36,397 nt of DNA from Gemmatimonadota bacterium (GTDB taxonomy: Bacteria; Gemmatimonadota; Gemmatimonadetes; Palauibacterales; Palauibacteraceae), in contig JBHIAV010000031.1 of assembly GCA_046758745.1 (NCBI GenBank), positions 1 through 36,397 of the forward strand, written 5' to 3'. Under the pieces are notes generated by a model. It worked only from the letters and a program-made list of their open reading frames with translations. It made no database searches and was not told the origin of the DNA. Shown in pieces: positions 19,576-28,994 of the stretch. A program made the position numbers and the translations under genes. Position 1 is the first letter of the stretch. Each line of letters starts with the position of its first letter.

Positions 19576-19899
19576 CTTTCCTCGGTAGCGGCGCCCGCGA
19601 TGTGTCAACTGCCGTCGGCGCGGCTGTTCTCTCTAGAGCAGAATGGCGCTCCCACCGGACGATCGTTCATCGGATGCCCTTTCCGCAAAGTTTGCAGATC
19701 GCCAGGGGCATCCGGCAGAAGTCCGGCGCCTGAAAGGCGGGTCGGAGCGCTACGAGAGAAAGATTCAACCATCTGAAGAGATGACACTTACGGACAACCA
19801 TGCTCTGCACCCCGAAGCGACGCACAGGAGTTGCTCCACTGGGCGGCCCGAGTCAGGAGGAGGTGTGGCCCAAGCCAACTGGAAGAGAGGAGGAGCTAG

Positions 19900-20586
19900 G
19901 TGTTGAACCGAGTGACCTATCTGGTCGCCGCCCTCGGGATGGCGCTCGCGGGATGCGGGGATTCAGCCACCGGTCCAGCCGTGAACCGGAACGATCCGGG
20001 CAGTGGCACCCGAACGATGAAGGTGACCGCCGACATCGAGGGGAAAGACGTGCCCGGCGGGTTCGTCACGGACTTCGACGTGAGCCTGCGGAACGTCCAA
20101 GGGACCCCGATCTCCGGGGCCACCGTGACCGTGAGGAACAGCAACTTGGGCACGGTGAACCTCTTGGAGATCGACGCGGGATCCGGCGACTACGAGGCGA
20201 CGGTCAACACCTTCGCGCCCGGAGACTATCGGCTCGACGTGGTGAAAGGGACCGACAACGTGCAGGGCGTGGTGGTGGGTGGGATGGCCGCGCATTCGAT
20301 CTTGAGTCCCCCGACGAACTCAACTGTGCTGTCGACCCAGCCCCTGACCGTCACGTGGAGCCGCCCTTCCGAGGCGGCGGCCGCCGATGTCGAGACCAAA
20401 GACTTCGCGGTGGAAGGTATACCGGACTCCGGGAGCTTCACCATCTCGGTAGCCGACAATCCTCCCAGGGACGATCAGCGAATCCGGGTGTGGCGATTCA
20501 ACGAGGTGCAGATGGTCGGTGGCCTTTTCGGCTCTCGCCTGAAGCTGAAGATCCGGAATACGGTTGAGCCGGTCGTCGTTCAGTAA
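19900..20586 (+). CDS. Hypothetical beta-rich lipoprotein
   Basis: Strong GAGGAGG RBS; lipobox LAGC; alternating beta-strand-like pattern. Confidence 0.8.
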   Translation: MLNRVTYLVAALGMALAGCGDSATGPAVNRNDPGSGTRTMKVTADIEGKDVPGGFVTDFDVSLRNVQGTPISGATVTVRNSNLGTVNLLEIDAGSGDYEATVNTFAPGDYRLDVVKGTDNVQGVVVGGMAAHSILSPPTNSTVLSTQPLTVTWSRPSEAAAADVETKDFAVEGIPDSGSFTISVADNPPRDDQRIRVWRFNEVQMVGGLFGSRLKLKIRNTVEPVVVQ

Positions 20587-20970
20587 CCCCAAGTTCGGAC
20601 GGTGCGTGGCTGTCGCGGGCGATCCTGTCCGCCAGCGGACGCCCGCACCGATTGGCTACAGCGCTGATGCCACGCACCGGAGGCGTGATTCCTCGTATCT
20701 GCGTGCGAGATAATGGGTAAGGGGATCCTATGATGGGGGCCACGGTCTTACCACATGGCCGAAACACGGCCGGCCTCCCGCGTGACAGGTCGTGCCCCGT
20801 CGACATCGGGGCCCCCTGACCGGGGTGCCCGCCTGCGGAATGCGATGCCTACACGTCGCTGCAGCTGCCTCTCGCAAAGTATGTGACGAAGACCGACGTC
20901 GGCAACGAGCAGAAACAGCCTTTCGATTCGGCGGCGCTGTCCGAATCCGAGAGGAAGCTGCTTTGTCGTC

Positions 20971-23229
20971 TCAGGATCCCGTGTGAACGGCGGTGTCCTC
21001 CGCGATACGGAACCGATCCAGTTCGCGATGCCGTCGCACTCCACGGAGCACCGGCGCGCCTTCGGGTCGCGTCAGCAAAGCGAAGCTGTACAGGGCGGCG
21101 ACCAGCAGGAGCAGGGACTTGATCCCGGTTAGAAAGCTCAACGACTGAAGAAGGGCTCCGACCAGGGCCCCGATCAGGTTGGCTCCGAGGGCCATGTCCT
21201 TCCGCTCCACCAGCGTGAACGACTTGATGAAGACGATTCCGCCGAACGCCATGGGAAGAGTAGAGAGCCCTCCCACGATGACCGCCTTGGTCCCGTACGG
21301 CAGGAAGGCGAATCTTGCCAGGTCGATGAAATAGAGCAGAGCGGGAGTGGCGAGCAGCGCCACGTATACGGGACCCATCGATATTCTCGGTCGCAGGGCG
21401 ACGATCATGTTCGCCACGAGCACCATCGCCAGCACGCCGGATATGATCACCGCATTGACCAACCAGGTGTTGCCGAGCGCAACGGATGCCTTGCTGATGT
21501 TCTGAACCTCGAGCAACAGAAAGGCCGCTCCCAAGAAGAAGAAGTGCCAGTGCGAACGGCTCCAGCCGACAGGGCCGAGTCCGACCGGGTTCTGAACCCT
21601 GGCGCGACAGTGCAGTACAAGCAGCCCGACCAGGCCGGCCAGGAGGATGAAGAGCGGTGGGATCCCCCGCTCGGGAAGGTAGAGGTATGGCCAGTCATCG
21701 GTTGCCATGGGCGTGCGGTACGTCAGTTCGACGGGGTAATCGCGCCGCCACTCCTCGATCAGGGTCGACAGTCGCGGGCTCCCTTCGATCTGCCCTCTCA
21801 CGACGTCGAGTTCACCGGCGAAGAAGAGCACGCCCCCCCAGCCGTACGAGTTTCCCGGTATGCGGAAGACGATGGGGTCCTCCCCGAAGACCTCCTGCAG
21901 CTCGACCGCGATCCGATCCGCGATGAACGGCTTGAAAGCCTCGAAGCTCAGAGCGAGGACACCGTCCTCTGCGAGCAAGTCTCTGGCGCGCTCGATGCTC
22001 TCGAGGGTGTAGACGTAGTGGTCGAGCCTGGCGTTCGTCATCGCCGTCGTCGTGTGGGAGTCCAGCAGGCCGAAGATGATGAGGTCGTACCTATCATCGG
22101 TGGTTGCGAAGAAGGATCGCGCATCGTCGTTGACGAGACGAACGCGAGGGGAATCGTAGGGCCGCTCCGGGTGGAGCTCCCGGCCCAGTGAGATGATCGC
22201 GGGATCGATCTCGACGGCAGTGACGCGGTGCGCCCCGTGCCGCAGCGCTCCGGCCGCATCGTTTCCGGCACCGGCACCTACGATCAGCACGTCTTCCGGA
22301 CGCGGATGGACGAGCAGGGGGATGTCGTACTGGCTCATCCCCAACTGCCGTGGCGGAAAGCTCTGCGGATCGGCGCGCTGGACCTCTTCGCGGAGGTCGA
22401 TCATCCCCTGGTACCCGACGTTGTTCACCGAGACGACGTACCGCGCTCGGGCCTCCAGATCGGAGAAGTCCGGTCCGTTCCATAGGGACAGCTTCTGGTA
22501 CGGAGACCAGACCGTTCGAATCGCACCGTCCACGCGGCTGCCCATCCACACGAGTCCCACCACGAGGAGCAGGGCACCGGCGGAGGGCCATGACACCCGC
22601 CCGCGCTGCAGGAGGAGCGGTATGAGAAGGAGGTAGAGAACCGCGAACCACACGACAGGGGGCTGGTTCAGCCTGCTCAGCAGGACGAAGAGCCACGTCC
22701 CGGCCAGGCTCCCCGCCACGTTGACGGAGTACGCGAGGATCGTCCTCGGGTGCCTGTCCATGAGCTCCCCCAGCACGCGGCCGATCGGGATGAACATGTC
22801 CACGACGAGCACCATCACGATCAGCGCCAAGATCAGGCCTATCGCCACGCCAGCGGCGGTCAAGAGCGGGCTGTTCGCCTGGCCACCGTACCAGATGTTC
22901 ACATCGCCCAAGACGCTCAGATAGGCGCTGATGTCGAGCATGACCTCGCGGCTGGCCGGCAGGAACAGGACGCCGGCGAGGAGGGCGAGCGGCCACGCTA
23001 CGCGTCCGGGCGAGACGGGCTCCCGCGAGGTGAAGAGCCCCACCCCGAGCCCGAGGAAACACACGACCAGCACCGTGTTCTGGAGGTAGGCGAAGATACG
23101 GATCTCGGTGCCGATCCACCGGATCAACAGCAACTCGAGATAGAGTCCGAGTACGCTGATCCAGAAGATCGCCGCAGTGGCGTTCTTCTGCCCGAAGGCC
23201 GTATGGTCGCGCCTGAGGCTGTCGTGCAT
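20971..23229 (-). CDS. Membrane-embedded spermidine-synthase-like / SAM-dependent transferase (TM - SAM domain - TM)
   Basis: LYLELLLIRW N-terminal TMs; WSPYQK; VLIVGAGAGND, AVEIDP, NDDARSF, YDLIIFG, ATDDWPYLY; C-terminal TMs FFFLGAAFLLLEV. Start ATG 23229 preferred (AAGGGA RBS). Confidence 0.82.
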   Translation of the reverse strand: MHDSLRRDHTAFGQKNATAAIFWISVLGLYLELLLIRWIGTEIRIFAYLQNTVLVVCFLGLGVGLFTSREPVSPGRVAWPLALLAGVLFLPASREVMLDISAYLSVLGDVNIWYGGQANSPLLTAAGVAIGLILALIVMVLVVDMFIPIGRVLGELMDRHPRTILAYSVNVAGSLAGTWLFVLLSRLNQPPVVWFAVLYLLLIPLLLQRGRVSWPSAGALLLVVGLVWMGSRVDGAIRTVWSPYQKLSLWNGPDFSDLEARARYVVSVNNVGYQGMIDLREEVQRADPQSFPPRQLGMSQYDIPLLVHPRPEDVLIVGAGAGNDAAGALRHGAHRVTAVEIDPAIISLGRELHPERPYDSPRVRLVNDDARSFFATTDDRYDLIIFGLLDSHTTTAMTNARLDHYVYTLESIERARDLLAEDGVLALSFEAFKPFIADRIAVELQEVFGEDPIVFRIPGNSYGWGGVLFFAGELDVVRGQIEGSPRLSTLIEEWRRDYPVELTYRTPMATDDWPYLYLPERGIPPLFILLAGLVGLLVLHCRARVQNPVGLGPVGWSRSHWHFFFLGAAFLLLEVQNISKASVALGNTWLVNAVIISGVLAMVLVANMIVALRPRISMGPVYVALLATPALLYFIDLARFAFLPYGTKAVIVGGLSTLPMAFGGIVFIKSFTLVERKDMALGANLIGALVGALLQSLSFLTGIKSLLLLVAALYSFALLTRPEGAPVLRGVRRHRELDRFRIAEDTAVHTGS

Positions 23230-23421
23230 TCCCTTGATGCGCGTTGCGATTCGGAGCTTCCGGGTCCCGGGTCGACATCTTCGGACGGGCGCCTGCAAGC
23301 AGTCTGCCGGGCGTCGTCGGCAGGAGGTGGCTCGATCCGCTCAAGTCCAGCGGGCCTGCTCGCGGAGCCGAACCGGCCATCGCCCATCGGCCCGCTCGGC
23401 GTGCAAGCCGCGTGCCTCCCT

Positions 23422-25587
23422 TCATGCTCGGAGCCGAGCCAACCGCATCGCGTTGAGGGTGACACCGAGAGATGCTCCCATGTCGCCCACGAGCACGGCC
23501 GTGATGAGGGAAACCGCTCCGAAGGGGATGCCGAGCGCCAGAACCGCCTTGATCAGGATCGCCGCCAGAATGTTTTGCCGGATCACCCGTCGGGCCTTCT
23601 GCGAGAGCCGAACGAGGTACGGGAGCCGGGAGAGATCGTCACCGAGGAGTGCAATATCGGCGGTCTCCAGCGCCGCATCCGAACCGGCCGCACCCATGGC
23701 GATCCCCACCGACGCGGCCGCCAGCGCAGGCGCGTCGTTCACGCCGTCGCCCACCATCGCCACCCGGCCATGAGTCCGCTCGAGCTCGCGGATCACCTCG
23801 ACCTTCCCCTTGGGACCGAGGCCGGCCAGCGTGTCATCGGTGCCCACCTCACGGGCGACGGCGCGCGCGACGGAGCGTACATCGCCTGTGAGAAGGACGA
23901 CCCGCTCGACCCCCGCCGCGCGGAGCTCGGAGATGACCTCGGCGGCCGCAGGTCTGGCGGGGTCGCTCAGGCCGAGAACTCCGATCGGCGTCCCGGAGCG
24001 CAAGACCAGCACCGCGGTGCTGCCCACCTCGGTCAGCCTCACGGCCGGCTCGGGCACTTCGCCGGAATCTATTAGCGACAGGCTTCCCACCGTGATCTCC
24101 TTCCCCCCGAGGTGCGCGCGCACTCCCCTACCCGGAAGGACCTCGAAGGCATCGCCGCTCCCCGTTTCGATCGTGAGGCCCGCGTCCCTCGCCGCCCGCA
24201 CGATCGCCTTCGCCACCGGGTGCTCCGATGGGACTTCGGCCGCCGCCGCCAGTGCGAGCACCTCGCCCGCCGATGTTCCGTCCAGCGGGACGATGGACGT
24301 GAGGCTCGCTCGCCCATGCGTCAGGGTCCCGGTCTTGTCGAAGGCGACCACTCGGACGCCTCCCATGACCTCCAGGCTCAGGCCGCCCGTGATCAGGACG
24401 CCGTTTCGTGCCGCGCTGGTCACGCCGCTCACCACGCACACGGGCGTCGAGATGACGAGGGCGCACGGGCAGGCGATCACCAGGAGCGTCAGGCCTCGGA
24501 CGAGCCACTCGGCCACCGGCTCGCCGAAGACGAATACGGGAATCGTCGCTAGAAGAAGGGCGAAGAGCGTCACGACCGGCGTGTAGACGCGGGCGAAGCG
24601 TTCCACGAACCGCTCGCTCGGTGCCCGCCGACGCTCTGCTGCCTCGACCAGCCGGATCATGCGGGCCAGGGTGGTATCGGATCGCCCTCGTGTGCTTCTC
24701 ACCCGCAGGAACCCCTCTTCCGCGATTGTCCCCGCGAACACCTCCGATCCAGGTGCCTTCTCGACGGGGGTGGACTCACCGGTGATCGGGGCCTCGTTCA
24801 CCGCGGAGTGGCCCGCCACCACCTCGCCGTCCACCGGAATGGACTCCCCTAGACGCACGACCACCTCTTCGCCCACCTGCACCTCGCTGGCCGGAAGGAC
24901 CGTCTCGCGGCCATCTCGCAGCACGCGAGCCGTCTCCGGGGAGAGCTCCATGAGCGCGCGCACCGAGCGATGTGCCCGCTCGACCGCGTGCGCCTCAAGG
25001 AGCTCAGCGAGCGAGAACAGCACGGCGATCGCGCCGGCTTCCAGGTACTCGCCGATCACCAGCGCGCCGAAGATCGCCACACTCATCAGGACGTGCATGT
25101 CCAGCAGGAGGCCCCGCGCCGCCCGCACCGCCTTCGGGAGGAAGCTCCACGCTCCCACCCCCGCTGCCGCGAGGAAGAGCCAGCCGGGGACGTCGGGGCG
25201 CAGCAGAAAGCCCGGCGCCGCCCCGCTGTGCGCTGCGCCGAGCGCCAAGCGGAGGAGGAGGCCAGCACTGAATAGTGACGCCGCCGTGTAGGTGATCGCC
25301 GCGCGTGCGCCGCGCCACACACGCGCCGGCTCGGGCAGCACCGTCGCGGCGGGAAAGGGCGCGTAGCCCAGCTCTCCAATCTCGTGGCGGATGAAGTCGG
25401 GATCGATCCGCTGCTCGTCGTACTCCACGCTGACGGTGCGAGCCACGGTACTCCCTTCGGCTGCGAGGACACCATCCAGTCTCTCGAGGCGGTGTCGGAT
25501 CCCGGCCAGGCAGCTCGGGCAGTCCATCCCCTCGACGCGGAACTCGACCTGTCGCTTTCGTGTCGAGAGAACCTCGGCCTTGCTCAA
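23422..25587 (-). CDS. cadA: Heavy-metal-translocating P1B-2 ATPase (Zn/Cd/Pb; CadA/ZntA family)
   Basis: HMA GMDCPSC, TGES, IACPCALVISTP, DKTGT, SEHP, GDGVNDAPALA, QN(x7)K and DMG P1B-2 signatures. Confidence 0.92.
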   Translation of the reverse strand: MSKAEVLSTRKRQVEFRVEGMDCPSCLAGIRHRLERLDGVLAAEGSTVARTVSVEYDEQRIDPDFIRHEIGELGYAPFPAATVLPEPARVWRGARAAITYTAASLFSAGLLLRLALGAAHSGAAPGFLLRPDVPGWLFLAAAGVGAWSFLPKAVRAARGLLLDMHVLMSVAIFGALVIGEYLEAGAIAVLFSLAELLEAHAVERAHRSVRALMELSPETARVLRDGRETVLPASEVQVGEEVVVRLGESIPVDGEVVAGHSAVNEAPITGESTPVEKAPGSEVFAGTIAEEGFLRVRSTRGRSDTTLARMIRLVEAAERRRAPSERFVERFARVYTPVVTLFALLLATIPVFVFGEPVAEWLVRGLTLLVIACPCALVISTPVCVVSGVTSAARNGVLITGGLSLEVMGGVRVVAFDKTGTLTHGRASLTSIVPLDGTSAGEVLALAAAAEVPSEHPVAKAIVRAARDAGLTIETGSGDAFEVLPGRGVRAHLGGKEITVGSLSLIDSGEVPEPAVRLTEVGSTAVLVLRSGTPIGVLGLSDPARPAAAEVISELRAAGVERVVLLTGDVRSVARAVAREVGTDDTLAGLGPKGKVEVIRELERTHGRVAMVGDGVNDAPALAAASVGIAMGAAGSDAALETADIALLGDDLSRLPYLVRLSQKARRVIRQNILAAILIKAVLALGIPFGAVSLITAVLVGDMGASLGVTLNAMRLARLRA

Positions 25588-26000
25588 CGCAGGCTCTCCC
25601 GAACGTGGGTCAGGCCGATTTCGAGAAGGCGAGCAATGTGCTCGTCGTCCAAGCGATAGTAGATGAGCCGCCCCTCCCGCCTTGGGCGTACAATCCGCAT
25701 CTGCCGCAGCTGCCGCAGGTGGTGGCTCACCGCTGACTCGGTAGACCCCACCACGCTGGCGAGATCGCCGACGCAGAGCTCGCGCCCAGCGAGAATCTGA
25801 ACGATCTGCAGACGGGTCGGGGTGGCCAGCATCTGGAAGGTGTCAGCCGTGTGAACGAGCTCTACCTCCCCTGCGAGCTCGGCCCGTGCGGCCTCTACGC
25901 CTTTGGCGTCTACCGTGCCCAACGCCGCTCTCCTCTCACCCGCCTCCTGTGCAGGCACCGTGAACATCCCCCGGCGGCAACCGATCGATGGCTTTTCCAC
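25584..26000 (-). CDS. ArsR/SmtB-family metal-sensing repressor
   Basis: PTRLQI..ELCVGDLA..SAVSHHLRQLR..YYRLDDEHI..THVRE (alpha5-type DxH-x10-HxxE site); TTGA overlap with the ATPase. Start uncertain. Confidence 0.92.
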   Translation of the reverse strand: MEKPSIGCRRGMFTVPAQEAGERRAALGTVDAKGVEAARAELAGEVELVHTADTFQMLATPTRLQIVQILAGRELCVGDLASVVGSTESAVSHHLRQLRQMRIVRPRREGRLIYYRLDDEHIARLLEIGLTHVRESLR

Positions 26001-26036
26001 GGCCGTCGCCGACCGAACATGCCTGTGTTACAGGTC

Positions 26037-26065
26037 AATATCTGAACATTAGTTCAGTTATGCAA
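26037..26065 (-). promoter_or_regulatory. sigma70 promoter with overlapping SmtB/ArsR operator
   Basis: Minus strand TTGCAT-17nt-GATATT; palindrome CTGAAC-ATTA-GTTCAG (26042-26057) in the spacer fits the TGAA-N6-TTCA SmtB-type box; local AT-rich patch. Confidence 0.8.
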
Positions 26066-26110
26066 GTATTCCACGCGGGAGGCACCTCGTGCATCGGCGG
26101 CACCGGACCG

Positions 26111-27979
26111 TCAGGACCGATCGTCCAGCCGGCGCCGGAGAAGCTTAATGCGCAGCCCACCCGCCCCCTCTTCGGTGAACTCGACAACCGTCTCGTACCG
26201 GCGGCGCACCCAGGCCAGGACAGCCGAGCCTGACGAGGGGTCGGCTCCGAAGCGAGGAGGTCCATACTCCGTGACGTCGCGGTTGACCAAGAGGATGAGC
26301 TCCGGCGGATTCAGGCCCAGGCTCGTCAGGATCGCCGACGCGCCGTATGCCGCGAGCTCCGGCGGCATCGTGCTGACATACGGCGTCGGGAGGGGCCGGC
26401 GGAGCCAGTAGTTGAGCCCGGCCCCCTCGGGAAGCACGGCGATCGGAGCGCCTGGGCCCAGCTCCTGGTCGACCCGCTCGAGCACGCGCTGCAACAACGC
26501 ACCCAGACGCGGTGCCTCGTGAGAGCCTACGTACAGCCTGTCGCTCCCCCGGCCCACCGCCGACTCCTTCGCGGCGTAGTTCTGGTGAGAGATTCCTACA
26601 CAGACGCCCGCCAAGGCTCCGACGCAAACAACCGATACTGAGCGAAACAGACCTCCGCCTTCCCATCGGCGGCTGAGGAACGCAGGCATCCTGTCAACCA
26701 GGATGACGATGGTCAGCAGGGTGGCGGGCATCGCGAGGTAGAATCCGTAGTGGTGCAGCCGGCTGTATAGGACGATCCTGCCCAACAAGACCAGGGAGAG
26801 CACGGACCACGAGGCGAACAACGACCGCGCTCCGGCTTCTGGCCCTTCGCCGGTGGCGCGCTCCACACCCACCGCTCCGCGCCGCCACAGGCAGCTGCCG
26901 ATCGACAGGACAGCCGCGCCCGCAGCGACGAGCGGCAGCGGGCGGGCCAGGTCCAGCCAAGGAATCAGCCTCAGGTTGAGCAGAAGCAGAAGGAGCACAA
27001 CCAGGCCTACACCCAGGACGGCGCCCCGACGCCCACCTGTCGGCCGTCCTCCGATCCGGTCAAAGCCGATCGCCACGGCTGCGGCCGCTCCGAGTCCCAG
27101 CGCGATGCGCAGCATCTCTCGGGCGTTGTGCGCCGGGCGATCCAGGCCCGACACGCCCGCGTAGAAGACCGATGACCATACGTCGCGGTCGGCGAGGTGG
27201 ACCCAGCCTCCACTCACCGCCCGCGCGGCTCCCGCAGGGGAGAGAGGCCCTATGAGCGCGAGGAAGGCGGTCACGGGGGGCAGCAGCATGCACCCGGCGA
27301 AGACGGCGGCACTCCGCCGGTCCCTGACTCCCTCTCCGGCCCCGCCGCAGGCGGGAAACAGCCACCAGGTAGCCGCCCCGGCCAGGGCCGCTGCGAAGAT
27401 CTCGGGTTTCGTCAGGAACGTCGCCCCGAGCGCCGCGCCCGCCAACGCGGCCCATCGCAGCCGACCGTTTCTGCCGTAGCGGTGGAGGGCCCACACTACC
27501 AGAACGGCGAGAGCGATGCCGTGCACCGCCTCATGGGAATAGGGGGTAAGGTAATTGTAGTTGCCGACGAACGTGAGATGCCCGAACGCGAAGACAGCCA
27601 GGAAGACGAGGCAGGCCAGCACAGCCGTGAAGCGGCCCGCCATCGCCCCCACCACCTCCAACAGCAGCCATGTGATGACCGCTATTAGCGCGAGGTTCGC
27701 GAAGAGGAGGGTAGTGACGGATGTGCCAAAGATACGGAACCAGAGCGAATTGAGGTACTGCGAGAGGGGACCGAACAACGACGCCACGTCCCGGTACAGC
27801 ACGCGACCCGAGGCAAGCTGCCAGGGTGTGTACAGTTCCCGTCCAAAGTCTATGACCGGATCCCCCGACCGGCGCCACGTCCACACGACGAGAACTACGA
27901 AAACCAGCGCCAGCAGGAGGATGGGAACGCACGCGACGGTCCGCGCAGCCATCCGGGTCGGCGGACCGCGCCGCGTCAC
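26111..27979 (-). CDS. GT-C fold (ArnT/PMT, GT39/83-like) membrane glycosyltransferase
   Basis: DPVIDFGRELY..GRVLYRD..FGPL first loop; FLTKPE motif; more than 10 TMs; C-terminal soluble domain. Confidence 0.75.
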   Translation of the reverse strand: MTRRGPPTRMAARTVACVPILLLALVFVVLVVWTWRRSGDPVIDFGRELYTPWQLASGRVLYRDVASLFGPLSQYLNSLWFRIFGTSVTTLLFANLALIAVITWLLLEVVGAMAGRFTAVLACLVFLAVFAFGHLTFVGNYNYLTPYSHEAVHGIALAVLVVWALHRYGRNGRLRWAALAGAALGATFLTKPEIFAAALAGAATWWLFPACGGAGEGVRDRRSAAVFAGCMLLPPVTAFLALIGPLSPAGAARAVSGGWVHLADRDVWSSVFYAGVSGLDRPAHNAREMLRIALGLGAAAAVAIGFDRIGGRPTGGRRGAVLGVGLVVLLLLLLNLRLIPWLDLARPLPLVAAGAAVLSIGSCLWRRGAVGVERATGEGPEAGARSLFASWSVLSLVLLGRIVLYSRLHHYGFYLAMPATLLTIVILVDRMPAFLSRRWEGGGLFRSVSVVCVGALAGVCVGISHQNYAAKESAVGRGSDRLYVGSHEAPRLGALLQRVLERVDQELGPGAPIAVLPEGAGLNYWLRRPLPTPYVSTMPPELAAYGASAILTSLGLNPPELILLVNRDVTEYGPPRFGADPSSGSAVLAWVRRRYETVVEFTEEGAGGLRIKLLRRRLDDRS

Positions 27980-28016
27980 GGTCGGGTCTCCTCCCCGCTC
28001 AACACGACCAAGCTTC

Positions 28017-28352
28017 TCAGGAGCCCCCGCCGGCTCCGGTGAACACCCCGAACAGGGCGAGCATGGCGAGGATCAGCATGATGGCCACGATGAGGGGACC
28101 GACGAAGAGACTGGTGAAGGCCCGGCCGTCAAACTTCAGGTGCATAAAGAACATAGCCACCAGTGAGAACTTGGTGCCCGAGAGCACGAGGAGGACGGGC
28201 ACGATGACCGGCCGGAGCGCCTCCACGTAGAACACCATCACCTCCATGGCGGTGATCACGGCCAGGACCGCCGCCACTCCCACGTAAACCTTGGTGCTCG
28301 GGTGCGCTCCTTCGTGTGCCCGCGCCCTCTCTTCCATGCGGCTCTCCGTCAT
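28017..28352 (-). CDS. ctaF: Cytochrome c oxidase subunit IV (caa3 type)
   Basis: YVGVAAVLAVITAMEV..KFSLVAMFFMHLKFD; three TMs; last gene of the cox operon. Confidence 0.88.
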   Translation of the reverse strand: MTESRMEERARAHEGAHPSTKVYVGVAAVLAVITAMEVMVFYVEALRPVIVPVLLVLSGTKFSLVAMFFMHLKFDGRAFTSLFVGPLIVAIMLILAMLALFGVFTGAGGGS

Positions 28353-28365
28353 CGATGCTTCGCCC

Positions 28366-28959
28366 TCAGGAGAGGAGGTAGATGAGTGTGAAAAGCACGA
28401 TCCACACCACGTCCACGAAGTGCCAGTACAGGCCCGCGATCTCCACCGTGAGGCTGTTGGCGCTCGTAAGGCGGCCCCGCAGCGCCATCCCCCCCAGGGT
28501 GAGCAGCCAGATCACCCCCACCGTGACGTGAGCCCCGTGTGTTCCGGTGAGGAGAAAGAAGCTCCCTCCGAACAGGTTCGTGCTCAGGCCAAGTCCTTCC
28601 CGAACGAAGTGGGAGAACTCGAACACCTGCCCGCCCAGGAAGACCATCCCGAACAGCGCGGTCATGAAGAGCCATACCCTGCCCCGTTTCATGTCGTCCC
28701 GCTGCACCGCGGCGAGGGCCAACACCATCATGAGGCTGCTCATGAGCAACACGAACGTGGTCACGCTGATGAAGGGGATGTTCAGCAGCTCCTCGGGGTA
28801 CGGCCCGACGACGCTACGGCCGCGGTATACCAGATACGTGATGATGAGCGAGCCGAAAAGCATGCACTCCGACCCGATGAACGCCCACATCGCCATCTTG
28901 CGGCTCGGCAGGCCCGTGGCCGTCGCCATCTCCATCACGCTGGCACCCGAACGGCCCAT
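28366..28959 (-). CDS. ctaE: Cytochrome c oxidase subunit III (short, 5-TM form)
   Basis: MWAFIGSECMLFG, FFLLTGTHGAHV, GLYWHFVDVVW. The ATG at 28985 has a good RBS but is out of frame, so the true start may be there. Confidence 0.88.
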   Translation of the reverse strand: MGRSGASVMEMATATGLPSRKMAMWAFIGSECMLFGSLIITYLVYRGRSVVGPYPEELLNIPFISVTTFVLLMSSLMMVLALAAVQRDDMKRGRVWLFMTALFGMVFLGGQVFEFSHFVREGLGLSTNLFGGSFFLLTGTHGAHVTVGVIWLLTLGGMALRGRLTSANSLTVEIAGLYWHFVDVVWIVLFTLIYLLS

Positions 28960-28994
28960 GTGCGGATCGTCCCGACCGTGGACATGCCCCTTCC

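Noticed and set aside
20498-21122. Short ORFs (64-102 aa) across the convergent intergenic region
   Set aside because: No RBS, motifs or coding-like composition; most overlap real genes.
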